From: a bacterium
GTDB lineage: Bacteria; Patescibacteriota; Gracilibacteria; UM-FILTER-43-11
Length of the DNA: 55,047 nucleotides
Direction: 5' to 3'
NCBI GenBank assembly: GCA_030427295.1
Contig: JAUHWS010000003.1
Span: 1-55,047 of the forward strand
The notes under the pieces are model-generated. The model was not told the origin of the DNA. It ran no database searches and saw nothing but the letters and a program-made list of their open reading frames with translations. The stretch's first letter is position 1, and each line of letters begins with the position of its first letter. The position numbers and the translations under genes were made by a program. Shown piece by piece: positions 9,582 to 19,211 of the stretch.

Positions 9582-9666
9582 TGTCATTCCATGGCTTGAC
9601 CGTGGAATCGTCTGAATTCAGTCCTTCTAAATTTAGACGACTCTTGGATCAAGTCCAAGAGTGACA
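9582..9666. repeat. REP-like bipartite hairpin element
   Basis: TGTCATTCC..GGAATCGTC...GACGACTC..GAGTGACA; copies at 14798 and 23009. Confidence 0.8.
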
Positions 9667-9686
9667 AACGGTTGTTTATTTTTCAA

Positions 9687-9716
9687 TGAAGGTGACATTG
9701 GCCAATGTCACCTTCA
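9687..9716. repeat. Perfect 30-bp palindrome
   Basis: TGAAGGTGACATTGG|CCAATGTCACCTTCA. Confidence 0.85.
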
Positions 9717-9744
9717 GGTTAACCTTCGTGCTAAAATGTTCACC

Positions 9745-10422
9745 ATGAATAGCACCTCTCTTCTTAAATACATCGAGCAAAGTATTAAAACGATTCAGGA
9801 ACGGACTCAAAGCCCCGTCCGAGTGGCGATCAATGGCATTGAAGGAGCCGGCAAGACGACCCTCAGCAAAAAACTGGTGGAATTTTTGAAGGCAGCCAAT
9901 CATGAGGCGCACCATGTAGGAATCGATGGCTTTCATAATCCCAAGACAATTCGCTACCAGCAGGGCCGTGATTCAGCCGATGGCTATTATGAAGATGCTT
10001 ACAACGAAGCTGCTTTTGTGGAGCAGGTGCTGAAAGCCTCCCGAAAAGAAAAACCCTACATACTGCCTTTTATTCACGATTTAGAAACGGATGAAGCCAC
10101 TGAACCTGACCCTATTTTTCTGGGTCCTCGGTCAATTATAATCACGGATGGGGCCTATTTGTTCAAACCTATTTATAGGCCTCATTGGGATTTAAAAATT
10201 TATTTGAAAGTCGACTTTGAAACCGCCATGGAGCGTGGCATTCAGAGGGATGCTAAAAATTTGGGCGGAGTTAAAATGGCAAAACAAAAATTCCTGGATC
10301 GCTATCATGCGGCCTCCAGACGATATCAAAAGGAGGTGAATCCTGAATCTTTAGCCGACCTGGTGATCGACATGAGCTCGTTTGGAGCATTGAAAATTTT
10401 GAAGAACCGGAACGAATCTTGA
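9745..10422 (+). CDS. Uridine kinase-like P-loop kinase
   Basis: VAINGIEGAGKT, IDGFH, IITDGAYL; start moved to ATG 9745 because the upstream frame lies in repeats. Confidence 0.85.
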   Translation: MNSTSLLKYIEQSIKTIQERTQSPVRVAINGIEGAGKTTLSKKLVEFLKAANHEAHHVGIDGFHNPKTIRYQQGRDSADGYYEDAYNEAAFVEQVLKASRKEKPYILPFIHDLETDEATEPDPIFLGPRSIIITDGAYLFKPIYRPHWDLKIYLKVDFETAMERGIQRDAKNLGGVKMAKQKFLDRYHAASRRYQKEVNPESLADLVIDMSSFGALKILKNRNES

Positions 10423-10449
10423 AGGCGATAAAACGTTTTCTCGCCTTCA
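10420..10449. repeat. 30-bp TGAAGG-type palindrome between convergent genes
   Basis: TGAAGGCGATAAAAC|GTTTTCTCGCCTTCA; supplies the TGA stop of the kinase. Confidence 0.8.
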
Positions 10450-10478
10450 AGATTGAATGAGGCATTCAACTCCCCCTT

Positions 10479-13271
10479 TTATTTCAAACGATACCGAAGC
10501 TGCTTTTCTCCTTCATGTAAAATCAAGAACCAGAGGGCGCCGACAATTGGATAAACAAGATAGGAAAGATGAAGGGCTTCGAACCCAAACCACACGGCAA
10601 TGGAAGGCACGTAGATGAGGAGGGCAATGGCGGCCAGGGAAATGAGGAAGGAGCCCCACAGCTGCTTGTTGGCAAATAGATAGGGAGTGAAAATCGTGCG
10701 TTCGGTGCGCCGAGAAAGAATGTTCATGAACTGGCAGAAAATGATGGCCGTGTAGGCGGCGGCCCGCCCGGCTTCAAGACTCGCCCCCGAAATATGGTGA
10801 ACCATGACAAACGAAAAGAAACCAGCGGCCCCCATCCAAAACCCATAAAAAATCAAATTGAGGTAGCTGCTGGAATTCAGGATATGATCTTTGAGGTCTC
10901 GGGGTGGCTTTTTCATCAAGGTCTTTTCGGCAGGATCGAAGGTGATAGCCGTGAGCGGGAGCATTTCTCCTACGAGATCGACGGCTAGGATTTGCACCGC
11001 GGTGATGGGAATTTCAAGCCCAAAGGCCACGCCAACAAATCCAAGCAACACGCAAGCCAACTCCCCATTGTTGGAGGTGATGGAGGAGAGAATGGTTTTT
11101 TTGAGATTGGCAAAAATCGTCCTTCCTTCTCCAATGGCCGTCGTGAGCGTGCGGAAGTTGTCGTCGAGGAGGACGATTTCGGAGGCTTCTTTGGCCACTT
11201 CGGATCCCATCTTCCCCATCGATACCCCAATATCAGCTCGCTTGAGACTAAGGGTGTCATTCACTCCATCTCCCGTCACCGAGACCACTTCCCCCATTTT
11301 TTTGAGGAGGGAGACGATGCGAAATTTGTCTTCGGGGGACACGCGGGAGAAAATGACGGATTGTTGTCGGAGGATTTTTCGAAGTTTGGCGTCTTTCATG
11401 CGTTTGATTTGATCACCGGTGTAAGCCTCGAGCTCGCCTCTTTCATTTTTCATGCCAATCCGCTGGGCGATGGCTGTAGCCGTCACGGCGTTGTCGCCCG
11501 TGATCATCATGACCCGAATGCCCGCCTCGTAGCTGGCTGTCACGGCTTTGGACACGCCGATGCGTGGCGGATCGATCATGCACACAAATCCAGCAAAGAT
11601 GAATTGCTTTTCGGATTTTGAGATCGAAAAGGATGTGGTGGTTTTGGGAAAATCCCTGTACGCCAAAGCAATGACTCGGAGGGCCTGTTGACTGAATTCC
11701 TCCCCTTTCTGGAGGATCTCCTTTTTCATTTGGGGAGTCAGGCGTTTGATCTCATTTCCCACTTTGGTTTTAGAGCAGGCGTCCAGAATACTTTCGAGGG
11801 CTCCCTTCATGTAGCCAATGTGTTTGCCTTTGTGCTTGCGGATAATGGTCATCCGTTTTCGCTTGGAATCAAAGGGGAGCTCTTCGAGTGATGGGAAAAG
11901 TTTGTCGAGTTGGCGGGGTTTGAGTCCCACTTTCATGACTAGGGGGGTGAAGGCGACCTCGGTAGGATCCCCGACAGGATACCAACTGCGATGGGTTTTA
12001 TCGGGAGGCAGCGCCCGTCCGTTGCTGGCTAGAAAGCCATCCTGAAAAAATTGTTGCAGCGCCGAGAAAGTTTTTTTGTCGATCTTTTTTTTGCCCTCGA
12101 GGACTGAGCCTTTGGGATTGTAGCCCTCTCCGGTCACGTTGAAAACTCGGGCTTCACAGGTTTTTCCAGTGAGCTCATCCAAAGTCACACAATGCGTGAT
12201 GGTCATCTCATTTTTGGTGAGCGTGCCGGTTTTATCACTGCAAATGACGGTGGTGGATCCCAACGTTTCGACGGAGGAGAGCTTCTTGACAATGGCTTTC
12301 TTTTTGGCCAGTCGACCGACCCCCAAACTGAGGGCAACGGAGATTTGAGCGGGAAGTCCTTGAGGCACTGAAGCGGCGGCCACTGAAATGGCGAAGAGGA
12401 TACTGAGTTGAACGGCGGTGCCAATCCCCTCACCTCCTTTGGTGGTGAGCACTAGGTTGATGATGAACAAAATCAAAGCGATCGCTCCCGCAATTTTGGT
12501 GAGCGATTTGGCCAGGATGTTGATTTCTTTTTGAAGCGGTGAGAGGTCGTGTTCGATGCTTTGTGTGGCCGTGGCAATACGCCCAATGGCCGTGTCCATT
12601 CCTGTGCCATAAACCAGGCCGTAAGCATTCCCCTTGGCAACCGTCAACCCCATGAAGACCAGATTGTCTTGGTTGGTGGTGCTGGTGACACCATCGATGA
12701 CCAAGTCGGCAAATTTTTCTTGAGGGACAGATTCTCCGGTCAGCACGAAATCGTTGGTACTGAAGTGGGTGACTCGAGTGAGGCGAATGTCGGCGGGGAT
12801 GGAACTGCCTTCTTCCAAATAAACCAAATCCCCGGGGACGAGTTGAGATTGAGGAATTTCAGCCTCTTTGCCGTCTCGAATCACCACGGCCTTGTCTTGG
12901 ATGATGGCCTTGAGGGAGTCAAGAATTTTTTCAGCTTTGAATTCTTGATAGAAACCAATCACCGCATTGACGAGCACAATGACGAGCAAGATGGTTCCCC
13001 CTCGAAAATCACCGAGGTAGTAGGCCAGAAAGGCGGCCAAGATGAGCACGAGGATGAGCAGGTCTTTGAATTGATCTAAAAATCGCAAGACCATGGGTCG
13101 GCGTTTGCCTTCGCGGAGTTCGTTGGGTCCGTGCTCGAGTGATCTTTTTTCAGCCTCTTTTTGAGTGAGACCTTTTTCGAGATCGGTGTTTAGCAAAGCC
13201 GCTGATTCTTCAATCGAACGCTGATAAAAAAACTGTTTTTTGGCATGTTTCGTGCCTGCTTTTTTGGGCAT
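10479..13271 (-). CDS. Cation-transporting P-type ATPase (P2A-like)
   Basis: TGES, DKTGTLT, MITGDN, TGDGVND motifs; about 10 TM; start likely MPKK at 13271. Confidence 0.95.
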   Translation of the reverse strand: MPKKAGTKHAKKQFFYQRSIEESAALLNTDLEKGLTQKEAEKRSLEHGPNELREGKRRPMVLRFLDQFKDLLILVLILAAFLAYYLGDFRGGTILLVIVLVNAVIGFYQEFKAEKILDSLKAIIQDKAVVIRDGKEAEIPQSQLVPGDLVYLEEGSSIPADIRLTRVTHFSTNDFVLTGESVPQEKFADLVIDGVTSTTNQDNLVFMGLTVAKGNAYGLVYGTGMDTAIGRIATATQSIEHDLSPLQKEINILAKSLTKIAGAIALILFIINLVLTTKGGEGIGTAVQLSILFAISVAAASVPQGLPAQISVALSLGVGRLAKKKAIVKKLSSVETLGSTTVICSDKTGTLTKNEMTITHCVTLDELTGKTCEARVFNVTGEGYNPKGSVLEGKKKIDKKTFSALQQFFQDGFLASNGRALPPDKTHRSWYPVGDPTEVAFTPLVMKVGLKPRQLDKLFPSLEELPFDSKRKRMTIIRKHKGKHIGYMKGALESILDACSKTKVGNEIKRLTPQMKKEILQKGEEFSQQALRVIALAYRDFPKTTTSFSISKSEKQFIFAGFVCMIDPPRIGVSKAVTASYEAGIRVMMITGDNAVTATAIAQRIGMKNERGELEAYTGDQIKRMKDAKLRKILRQQSVIFSRVSPEDKFRIVSLLKKMGEVVSVTGDGVNDTLSLKRADIGVSMGKMGSEVAKEASEIVLLDDNFRTLTTAIGEGRTIFANLKKTILSSITSNNGELACVLLGFVGVAFGLEIPITAVQILAVDLVGEMLPLTAITFDPAEKTLMKKPPRDLKDHILNSSSYLNLIFYGFWMGAAGFFSFVMVHHISGASLEAGRAAAYTAIIFCQFMNILSRRTERTIFTPYLFANKQLWGSFLISLAAIALLIYVPSIAVWFGFEALHLSYLVYPIVGALWFLILHEGEKQLRYRLK

Positions 13272-13367
13272 GTTTGATTTTTGTTTTTGGCTTTTTATAT
13301 TGTAGCACAAATCTGATCAAACTGAATTTGAAGTTTTGCCAATTGCGTTTTTTTAGAGGCATATCTC

Positions 13368-14390
13368 TCACGCTGCCACATGACGATGTTGTTGAATCCA
13401 CTGATCCGCTTGGCCCGGGGTGTAACGTCGAATATCAGGCGCTTTTTCCTGGGTTTTTTCTCGAGCCAACAGGAGGGCTTTTATGAGGACATTTCCATAA
13501 AAGCTGAGTTTGGCGGGGTCGGCTTCGAGGCAGGCTAGGTCAAATTGGCCAAACGGTCCTAAGTTGGAGAGTTCGGTTTTAACCATTTCAATGGCGGCGC
13601 CTTTTTCATAGTCATTGTGACTGACGGATCCCAGGACCGCATTGTTGAAATAGTAGATATCATCGCTCAGAGGAATGCCCAGCGTATTGAAAATTTCTTT
13701 GAGGGATTCTAAGAGAATGGGGTCAATGTATAAATGTCCCTCCTGATCTGGATGCTCTTTAAAGGTTGAGATCACCGCATGAGTTCTGGTCTGGCGAACA
13801 TGAGGTCCTGCCAAACGGTCAATCCGGTGCCTGAGCCGTTCAACATAATCCACCCCATCGGGGATGGCTTGTCCATCTAGGTCTGTGCTGAATGGCCTCA
13901 TGCTGTGCAAATCCAACCATTTTCCATCTGCAGTTAATTTATTGATGAGACGACGCCGTTCATCGACCACTTGCAGATAATAGAGATTGAAGAGGTGATT
14001 GAGAAATCGCACCTGTCCATTATTCACTTCGCCATTATTATAGGTAGGACGCACAGAATGACCCTGGACCCGATTGGCATCAATGATCTCTCGAGGTAAA
14101 AAGACGTTTAAAACGGCTACTCGATAGCCCTGAGCGGCTAATTTCTGAGCCATGTTGTGGGCTAGCTCGGGTGTGAAGACGTCGGCTTCAAGATGACAAA
14201 TTTGAGTGAGTTGTTCGCGAGTGAGTCGGGCTTGCTTGAGATAATCTGGATGCTGAGCCAAAAAAGCCTCTGGTTTGGCGCCATGAGGCACATAGAAAAA
14301 GAAGTCGATTTCATCCGTTTCAGGCGCGTTTCCCCCTAGATGCTTCGAATTGTAAAACCGTGTTTCAGACGGTCGAAAGAGGGCGCTCAT
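13368..14390 (-). CDS. N-formylglutamate amidohydrolase-like protein (divergent)
   Basis: VPHG, R..IDANR, LDLHSM, IE motifs in family order. Confidence 0.55.
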   Translation of the reverse strand: MSALFRPSETRFYNSKHLGGNAPETDEIDFFFYVPHGAKPEAFLAQHPDYLKQARLTREQLTQICHLEADVFTPELAHNMAQKLAAQGYRVAVLNVFLPREIIDANRVQGHSVRPTYNNGEVNNGQVRFLNHLFNLYYLQVVDERRRLINKLTADGKWLDLHSMRPFSTDLDGQAIPDGVDYVERLRHRIDRLAGPHVRQTRTHAVISTFKEHPDQEGHLYIDPILLESLKEIFNTLGIPLSDDIYYFNNAVLGSVSHNDYEKGAAIEMVKTELSNLGPFGQFDLACLEADPAKLSFYGNVLIKALLLAREKTQEKAPDIRRYTPGQADQWIQQHRHVAA

Positions 14391-14550
14391 GGGCAGGTAT
14401 CAATCTAAGTCAGGCGTCTTTTATAACAGTTATGTGGAGAATTGTCTAGGGGTTTGAATGACTTACGGATTATGAATGACGTAGTACGCATTATGCGTTG
14501 ACCGATCTTTTTTTCTTCGCACCTCGCACTTTGTACTTAGCACTTGAGAT

Positions 14551-14774
14551 GAAGTATATACTCACCCTCTCTTTAACTATATACCTACCCTCTTCAAAAA
14601 GCTGGGAGCTCGGAGCTGGTAGCTGATAGTTAAATTCAGTGAAGATACCTCTCTATTTGTCTTAAATAAGTGATAATTTAAGTTTTTCTAAATACCAACT
14701 AGTCTACCAGCTAAAGGCTAATAGCTACCAGCTCGAATAAAGTATATACCCACCCTCACATGAAGTATATACCT
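14551..14774 (-). repeat. GTATATAC four-box element, copy 3 (type-A core)
   Basis: Boxes at 14554, 14577, 14742 and 14765. Confidence 0.9.
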
Positions 14775-14797
14775 AAGTGTACAGTTTAAAGTACAGT

Positions 14798-14884
14798 TGT
14801 CATTCCATGACTTGATCATGGAATCGTCCGAATTCAGAACATCCAAATATAGACGACTCTAGGGTCTGACGCCCATGAGTGACA
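14798..14884. repeat. REP-like bipartite hairpin element
   Basis: TGTCATTCCATGA-TCATGGAATCGTC...GACGACTC...GAGTGACA. Confidence 0.8.
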
Positions 14885-14904
14885 CCTATTTCCTTGCTTC
14901 TTAA

Positions 14905-14934
14905 TGAAGGCGAGGATATATATCCTCGCCTTCA
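14905..14934. repeat. Perfect 30-bp palindrome
   Basis: TGAAGGCGAGGATAT|ATATCCTCGCCTTCA. Confidence 0.85.
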
Positions 14935-14991
14935 GGAGTTGATTAAATACTTCACTCAGAACCACCCCCTCACCATCAAATCACATTCAAG

Positions 14992-15033
14992 CCCCTCCCC
15001 CTCCTCATATGAGGAGGGGGACACAGGGGGAGG
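14992..15033. repeat. C-rich/G-rich palindromic module
   Basis: CCCCCTCCTCAT|ATGAGGAGGGGG followed by GGGGGAGGT; relatives near 9356-9490, 21790-21818 and 23111-23212. Confidence 0.65.
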
Positions 15034-15283
15034 TCCAGATCAAATGAATGGAATCATTCCGAACTTCAACATCCAAAACCATTCGTAAACCATTCCCCAA
15101 AGGGGCCCCGCTGGGGCGAACACTATACGCAGTCAATTCGCAACCCATCCGTCATCAAAGCATTGAAAAAAACTGAATTTTCAGGCAAAATGGTTTCTGT
15201 GCTGGGTCTATTGAGGATCTATTGTGGATCTTTAGATGCCTCAAAATCGACCGTCAGCTTACAAAGACCTTCTAAAGACATTC

Positions 15284-17098
15284 ATGAAAAACATTCGGAA
15301 CTTCTGCATCATCGCCCACATCGATCACGGCAAGTCGACTTTGGCGGATCGGTTTTTGGAAATCACTCACACCCTGTCCAAGCGCGACATGAAACATGGA
15401 CAGATGTTGGACACTATGGAGTTGGAACAAGAACGTGGGATCACCATCAAGTTACAACCGGTTCGCATGGATTATAAAGGGTATACTTTGAACTTGATCG
15501 ATACGCCCGGGCACGTGGACTTTACTTACGAAGTGAGTCGGAGTTTGGCGGCCTGTGAAGGAGCGATTTTGGTGGTGGATGCCACTCAAGGGATTGAAGC
15601 CCAAACTTTGGCCAATCTGTACATGGCCATGGATCACGATTTGACCATCATCCCTGTGATCAACAAGATCGACATGCCGGCGGCCGATCCGGAGCGGATC
15701 ATGACGGAGATTGAGAATACCTTGGCCATTCCGCGTGATGAAGTGCTTAAAGTTTCGGCGAAAACGGGCGAGAATGTGGAGGAGGTGCTCGATGCCATCA
15801 TCGAACGGATCCCAGATCCGACAGAGGGAGGGCTTCGAAAACAACTTGATTTGACCGATGATACAGAGGCTAAGGCGTTGATTTTTGATTCGATTTACGA
15901 CACCTATCGTGGCGTGGTGACCTACATTCGCATGGTGACCGGGACCTTTAAAAAGGGTCAGAAACTGCGCTTTTTGAACACTAAAGCAGATATCGAGCCA
16001 ACGGAGGTGGGCTATTTGCGCCCGGCTTATGAACCGGTGGGGAAATTAGAACCGGGTGAGGTGGGTTATTTGGTGACGGGTTTGAAATCCGTGGGTGAAG
16101 CGCGTGTGGGGGACACCATTTGGTCGGGCCATAAGGATCAATTGGATTCCGCCGAGCCACTTCCGGGTTACAGTCGTGTGACGCCGATGCTTTATGCAGG
16201 AATTTACTGTGTGGATGGAGATGACTATCACTTGCTTCGAGATTCATTGGAGAAACTGACCTTGAATGATGCGGCTCTGGTCTATGAACCTGATCAGTCC
16301 CCTGCTTTGGGTTCTGGGTTTCGTTGTGGATTTTTGGGACTCCTTCATATGGAAATTGTGCAGGAGCGCTTGGAGCGCGAGTATGATTTGGATTTGATCA
16401 CTACCGCGCCATCGGTGTCTTACAAGGTGAACATGAAGTCGGGTGAAAAGCTGACGATTTCCACCCCAGCCATGCTGCCAGATCCTTCGATTTTTGATTC
16501 GATTGAGGAACCCTGGGTCAAAGTTGAGATTGTGTGCCCCAAAGACAAGGTAGGGTCGGTGATGAAGTTGGTACAACAACGACGTGGGGTTCAAAAAAAT
16601 ATCAGTTACATCGATGAGGAGCGAGTGCTTTTGCTTTTTGAGATGCCGCTAGCCACGGTGATTTTGGACTTTCATGACTCGCTGAAGAATGTGAGCTCGG
16701 GCTACGCTTCGATGAACTACGAATTTTTGGACTATCGGATTGAAAATTTGTGTCGGCTGGACATCATGGTGGCCGGTGATAAGGTGGATAGTTTGGCGGT
16801 GATGTGCCATCGAACGGAGGCAGAAGGGTTGGGACGAAGGTTGGCCAAGAAACTGAAGGAGCTCATTCCGCGGGCTCAGTTTGCGATTCCGATTCAAGCC
16901 GCGATTGGGGGGAAAATTGTGGCCCGAGAAACGATTTCGGCCTTCCGTAAAGATGTGACGGCTGGTTTGTATGGGGGAGATGTGTCACGGAAAAACAAGC
17001 AACTTCAAAAGCAGAAAAAAGGGAAAAAACGCATGAAGCAAATGGGTTCTGTGGCCTTGCCTCAGGAGGCGTTTCATGCGATTCTTAAAAAGGACTAA
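15284..17098 (+). CDS. lepA: Elongation factor 4
   Basis: MKNIRNFCIIAHIDHGKSTLADR, DTPGHVDF, GFRCGFLGLLH, KQKKGKKRMK. Confidence 0.98.
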   Translation: MKNIRNFCIIAHIDHGKSTLADRFLEITHTLSKRDMKHGQMLDTMELEQERGITIKLQPVRMDYKGYTLNLIDTPGHVDFTYEVSRSLAACEGAILVVDATQGIEAQTLANLYMAMDHDLTIIPVINKIDMPAADPERIMTEIENTLAIPRDEVLKVSAKTGENVEEVLDAIIERIPDPTEGGLRKQLDLTDDTEAKALIFDSIYDTYRGVVTYIRMVTGTFKKGQKLRFLNTKADIEPTEVGYLRPAYEPVGKLEPGEVGYLVTGLKSVGEARVGDTIWSGHKDQLDSAEPLPGYSRVTPMLYAGIYCVDGDDYHLLRDSLEKLTLNDAALVYEPDQSPALGSGFRCGFLGLLHMEIVQERLEREYDLDLITTAPSVSYKVNMKSGEKLTISTPAMLPDPSIFDSIEEPWVKVEIVCPKDKVGSVMKLVQQRRGVQKNISYIDEERVLLLFEMPLATVILDFHDSLKNVSSGYASMNYEFLDYRIENLCRLDIMVAGDKVDSLAVMCHRTEAEGLGRRLAKKLKELIPRAQFAIPIQAAIGGKIVARETISAFRKDVTAGLYGGDVSRKNKQLQKQKKGKKRMKQMGSVALPQEAFHAILKKD

Positions 17099-17107
17099 CT
17101 TTGCCAT

Positions 17108-17905
17108 ATGGCTTCAAAAACATTGGATATCATTGGGTATCACTTGGGAACGCGAGTGGATATTCAGACGCTCAAGAGTCAGTTGAAGCTGACCTTGGTT
17201 TATCATGACCTGACGGAGCTGGTTTACGAGTTGGGCAAAAACAGTTATTTGCTGATTCATGATTATGGTAGCCTTGTTTTTTTGGGAGCAACGAAGAAAA
17301 AACAGGAGGCGTGGCTGAAAAAAGTGCGGAGCGCGTCGGGGGTGGGAGCCTCTGATTTGGATCCTGAATATTATTTGGTGGAACTGAATGCAAGGGCGAA
17401 ATATCAGGTGCTTTTTGATAAAATCGTGCTCAAGAAAATGAACCATGAGATTGCACGCGTTTTGATGTTGAGCATTGCCCAGTCGATTGCTCTGGATCAC
17501 TACACGGCTCAGTCGGAGCAGTTGTTGAAGGAAATTTCCATCCACACCACGGAGCTGGAAAAGAGGGGGGCGTTTTCAATTCGAGGAAGAAATTTGGCTA
17601 AGTATATGGGGAGAACGATGAACTTGAAAAATAAAATTGTGGGGAATTTGTATGTTTTTGACACTCCGACAGAAATTTGGAATGACGAACTTTTGGATCG
17701 CATCCACACCGATTTGCACCGGGAGTTGGACATTGATCAGCGGTATCGCAGTTTGAAGGATAATCTGGAAACGATTAAAGAGAGCTTGGATTTTTTCAAT
17801 GAATTCAATCAGCACACGCACAGCTCCCGCTTGGAGTGGATCATTATTCTGTTGATTTTATTCGAGATCGTGAAACCATTTTTTGACCAGTGGATGGCGG
17901 GGTGA
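17108..17905 (+). CDS. RMD1/DUF155 family protein
   Basis: DYGSLVF, AQSIALD, ELDI..R, SSRLEWIIILLI. Confidence 0.85.
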   Translation: MASKTLDIIGYHLGTRVDIQTLKSQLKLTLVYHDLTELVYELGKNSYLLIHDYGSLVFLGATKKKQEAWLKKVRSASGVGASDLDPEYYLVELNARAKYQVLFDKIVLKKMNHEIARVLMLSIAQSIALDHYTAQSEQLLKEISIHTTELEKRGAFSIRGRNLAKYMGRTMNLKNKIVGNLYVFDTPTEIWNDELLDRIHTDLHRELDIDQRYRSLKDNLETIKESLDFFNEFNQHTHSSRLEWIIILLILFEIVKPFFDQWMAG

Positions 17906-17984
17906 TTTGCAAAATGATGGATCAGAGTTTTTTGTATGCGTTTTTTCGATGCGCGATTTTGAAGTGTTCCAATCATGACAAAGT

Positions 17985-18013
17985 TTGACAATCTTTGCTA
18001 TTTTTGATATAAT
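17985..18013 (+). promoter_or_regulatory. Consensus sigma70 promoter of the TA pair
   Basis: TTGACA-17 bp-TATAAT. Confidence 0.75.
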
Positions 18014-18041
18014 GGTTGTGTCTTTGATAAATTCAAACCCT

Positions 18042-18290
18042 ATGGTGACTTACAACATTTCTTTAAATGAGGAATTGGACGAATTGGTAAGGGCCAGCCT
18101 TAAGTCTGGTTGTTATGCCAATCGCAGTGAGTTTTTTAGAGATTTGTTGAGGCACCATTATAAGAGACAAGGCATTATTGTGGAGCAATTATCCGCAGAT
18201 GACCCTGATTATAAAATGGTTCAAAAAATGAAAAAAAGAAAGAAACCGGGTTTTTTGTCTTTTGATGAGGTCATGAATGAACCCACCTAA
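18042..18290 (+). CDS. Ribbon-helix-helix antitoxin (ParD/CopG-like)
   Basis: NISL...YANRSEFFRDLLR; overlaps the toxin start. Confidence 0.8.
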   Translation: MVTYNISLNEELDELVRASLKSGCYANRSEFFRDLLRHHYKRQGIIVEQLSADDPDYKMVQKMKKRKKPGFLSFDEVMNEPT

Positions 18291-18549
18291 ATATACGATT
18301 GAAATTAGTAAGGAGGCTTTAAAGAATTTCAAGAGGCTCTCCTTACCCCTCAGAGAAAAGATTTGGTTAAAGGCTAAATCGGTTTTAGAGAACAATCCTT
18401 TTCCTCAAGGAAATAATCCTAAGAAGCTCAAAAACACGGATGTTTTTCGATTGAGAATTGGAAATTATCGACTGGTTTATTCGATTGAAAACAAGGTGGT
18501 GCGAATTTTTATTTTTAAGCATCGAAAAGATGTTTATAAGAATTTTTAG
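18277..18549 (+). CDS. relE: RelE/ParE family toxin
   Basis: KKLK...FRLRIGNYRLVYSI...HRKDVYK. Confidence 0.9.
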   Translation: MNPPKYTIEISKEALKNFKRLSLPLREKIWLKAKSVLENNPFPQGNNPKKLKNTDVFRLRIGNYRLVYSIENKVVRIFIFKHRKDVYKNF

Positions 18550-18552
18550 AGT

Positions 18553-18813
18553 TTAGAGTTTTTTGTATACGTTTTTTCGATGAGCGATTTTGATGATGGT
18601 CACGATTTCAATTTTTTTTTGAACCCGATAAACCACGCGGTACATTCCTATCCTGAGGCGGTAGTGACCTGAATAACCTCTGATTTTTTTAGCTTGTTTT
18701 GGAATCGGATCTTTGGCGAGCTGACTAATGGCTGTTTCAATTTTTGTCAAAAATACATCTGGAATTTTTCGTATGTCTTTGAGCACAGAGGCTTTTAATT
18801 CTATTTTGTACAT
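18553..18813 (-). CDS. relE: RelE/ParE family toxin
   Basis: YRLRIGMYRVVY...HRKNVYK. Confidence 0.9.
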   Translation of the reverse strand: MYKIELKASVLKDIRKIPDVFLTKIETAISQLAKDPIPKQAKKIRGYSGHYRLRIGMYRVVYRVQKKIEIVTIIKIAHRKNVYKKL

Positions 18814-18815
18814 GT

Positions 18816-19046
18816 TTATAGGAGATTTTTAAGAGATCCTTTGAAAGGAATGGTTTTTTCGCCTTTTCTGGATTCGATGGCTTTGATGTCTTCCAGTTCT
18901 TCCAAGGCTTCCATCAGCATGTTGTAGACTTCAATGGGCACGATGGCAGATTTCACTTTTGAATTGACGATGAGGTAAAGGATATCCGAATCGGATAGGG
19001 CTTTTGAACCTTTCTTTTTGATGTCTTGTAGGGTGACGGTATTCAT
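18816..19046 (-). CDS. Phd/YefM-like antitoxin
   Basis: Directly upstream of the toxin; AIVPIEVY..LMEALEELEDI pattern. Confidence 0.75.
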   Translation of the reverse strand: MNTVTLQDIKKKGSKALSDSDILYLIVNSKVKSAIVPIEVYNMLMEALEELEDIKAIESRKGEKTIPFKGSLKNLL

Positions 19047-19082
19047 TATATTTAATTTAGTATTTTATTCACTCTTTATTAT

Positions 19083-19098
19083 ATACTAAATTTAGTAT
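19083..19098. promoter_or_regulatory. Putative TA operator
   Basis: Perfect palindrome ATACTAAA|TTTAGTAT upstream of the antitoxin; a second perfect 22-bp palindrome lies at 19151-19172. Confidence 0.5.
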
Positions 19099-19211
19099 TA
19101 AATAAAGTACTAAAAAAGTACCTATTATATTTTACCTGAGTCGTCGAGGAAAATTAATTACGTAATTAATTTCAAATCATCCTCTAAAATAAGCTATTCT
19201 AAAAAATAATA

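Noticed and set aside
9069-9716. Autonomous IS or classical MITE
   Set aside because: No transposase ORF and no evident target-site duplication; ends are direct repeats of palindromic boxes rather than long terminal inverted repeats. Mobilisation in trans is not excluded
9661-9744. N-terminal extensions in the ORF track (also 13272-13310, 15236-15283, 17985-18041, 20979-21143, 27448-27489, 45825-45899)
   Set aside because: They overlap palindromes, promoters or upstream genes; family-typical starts lie downstream
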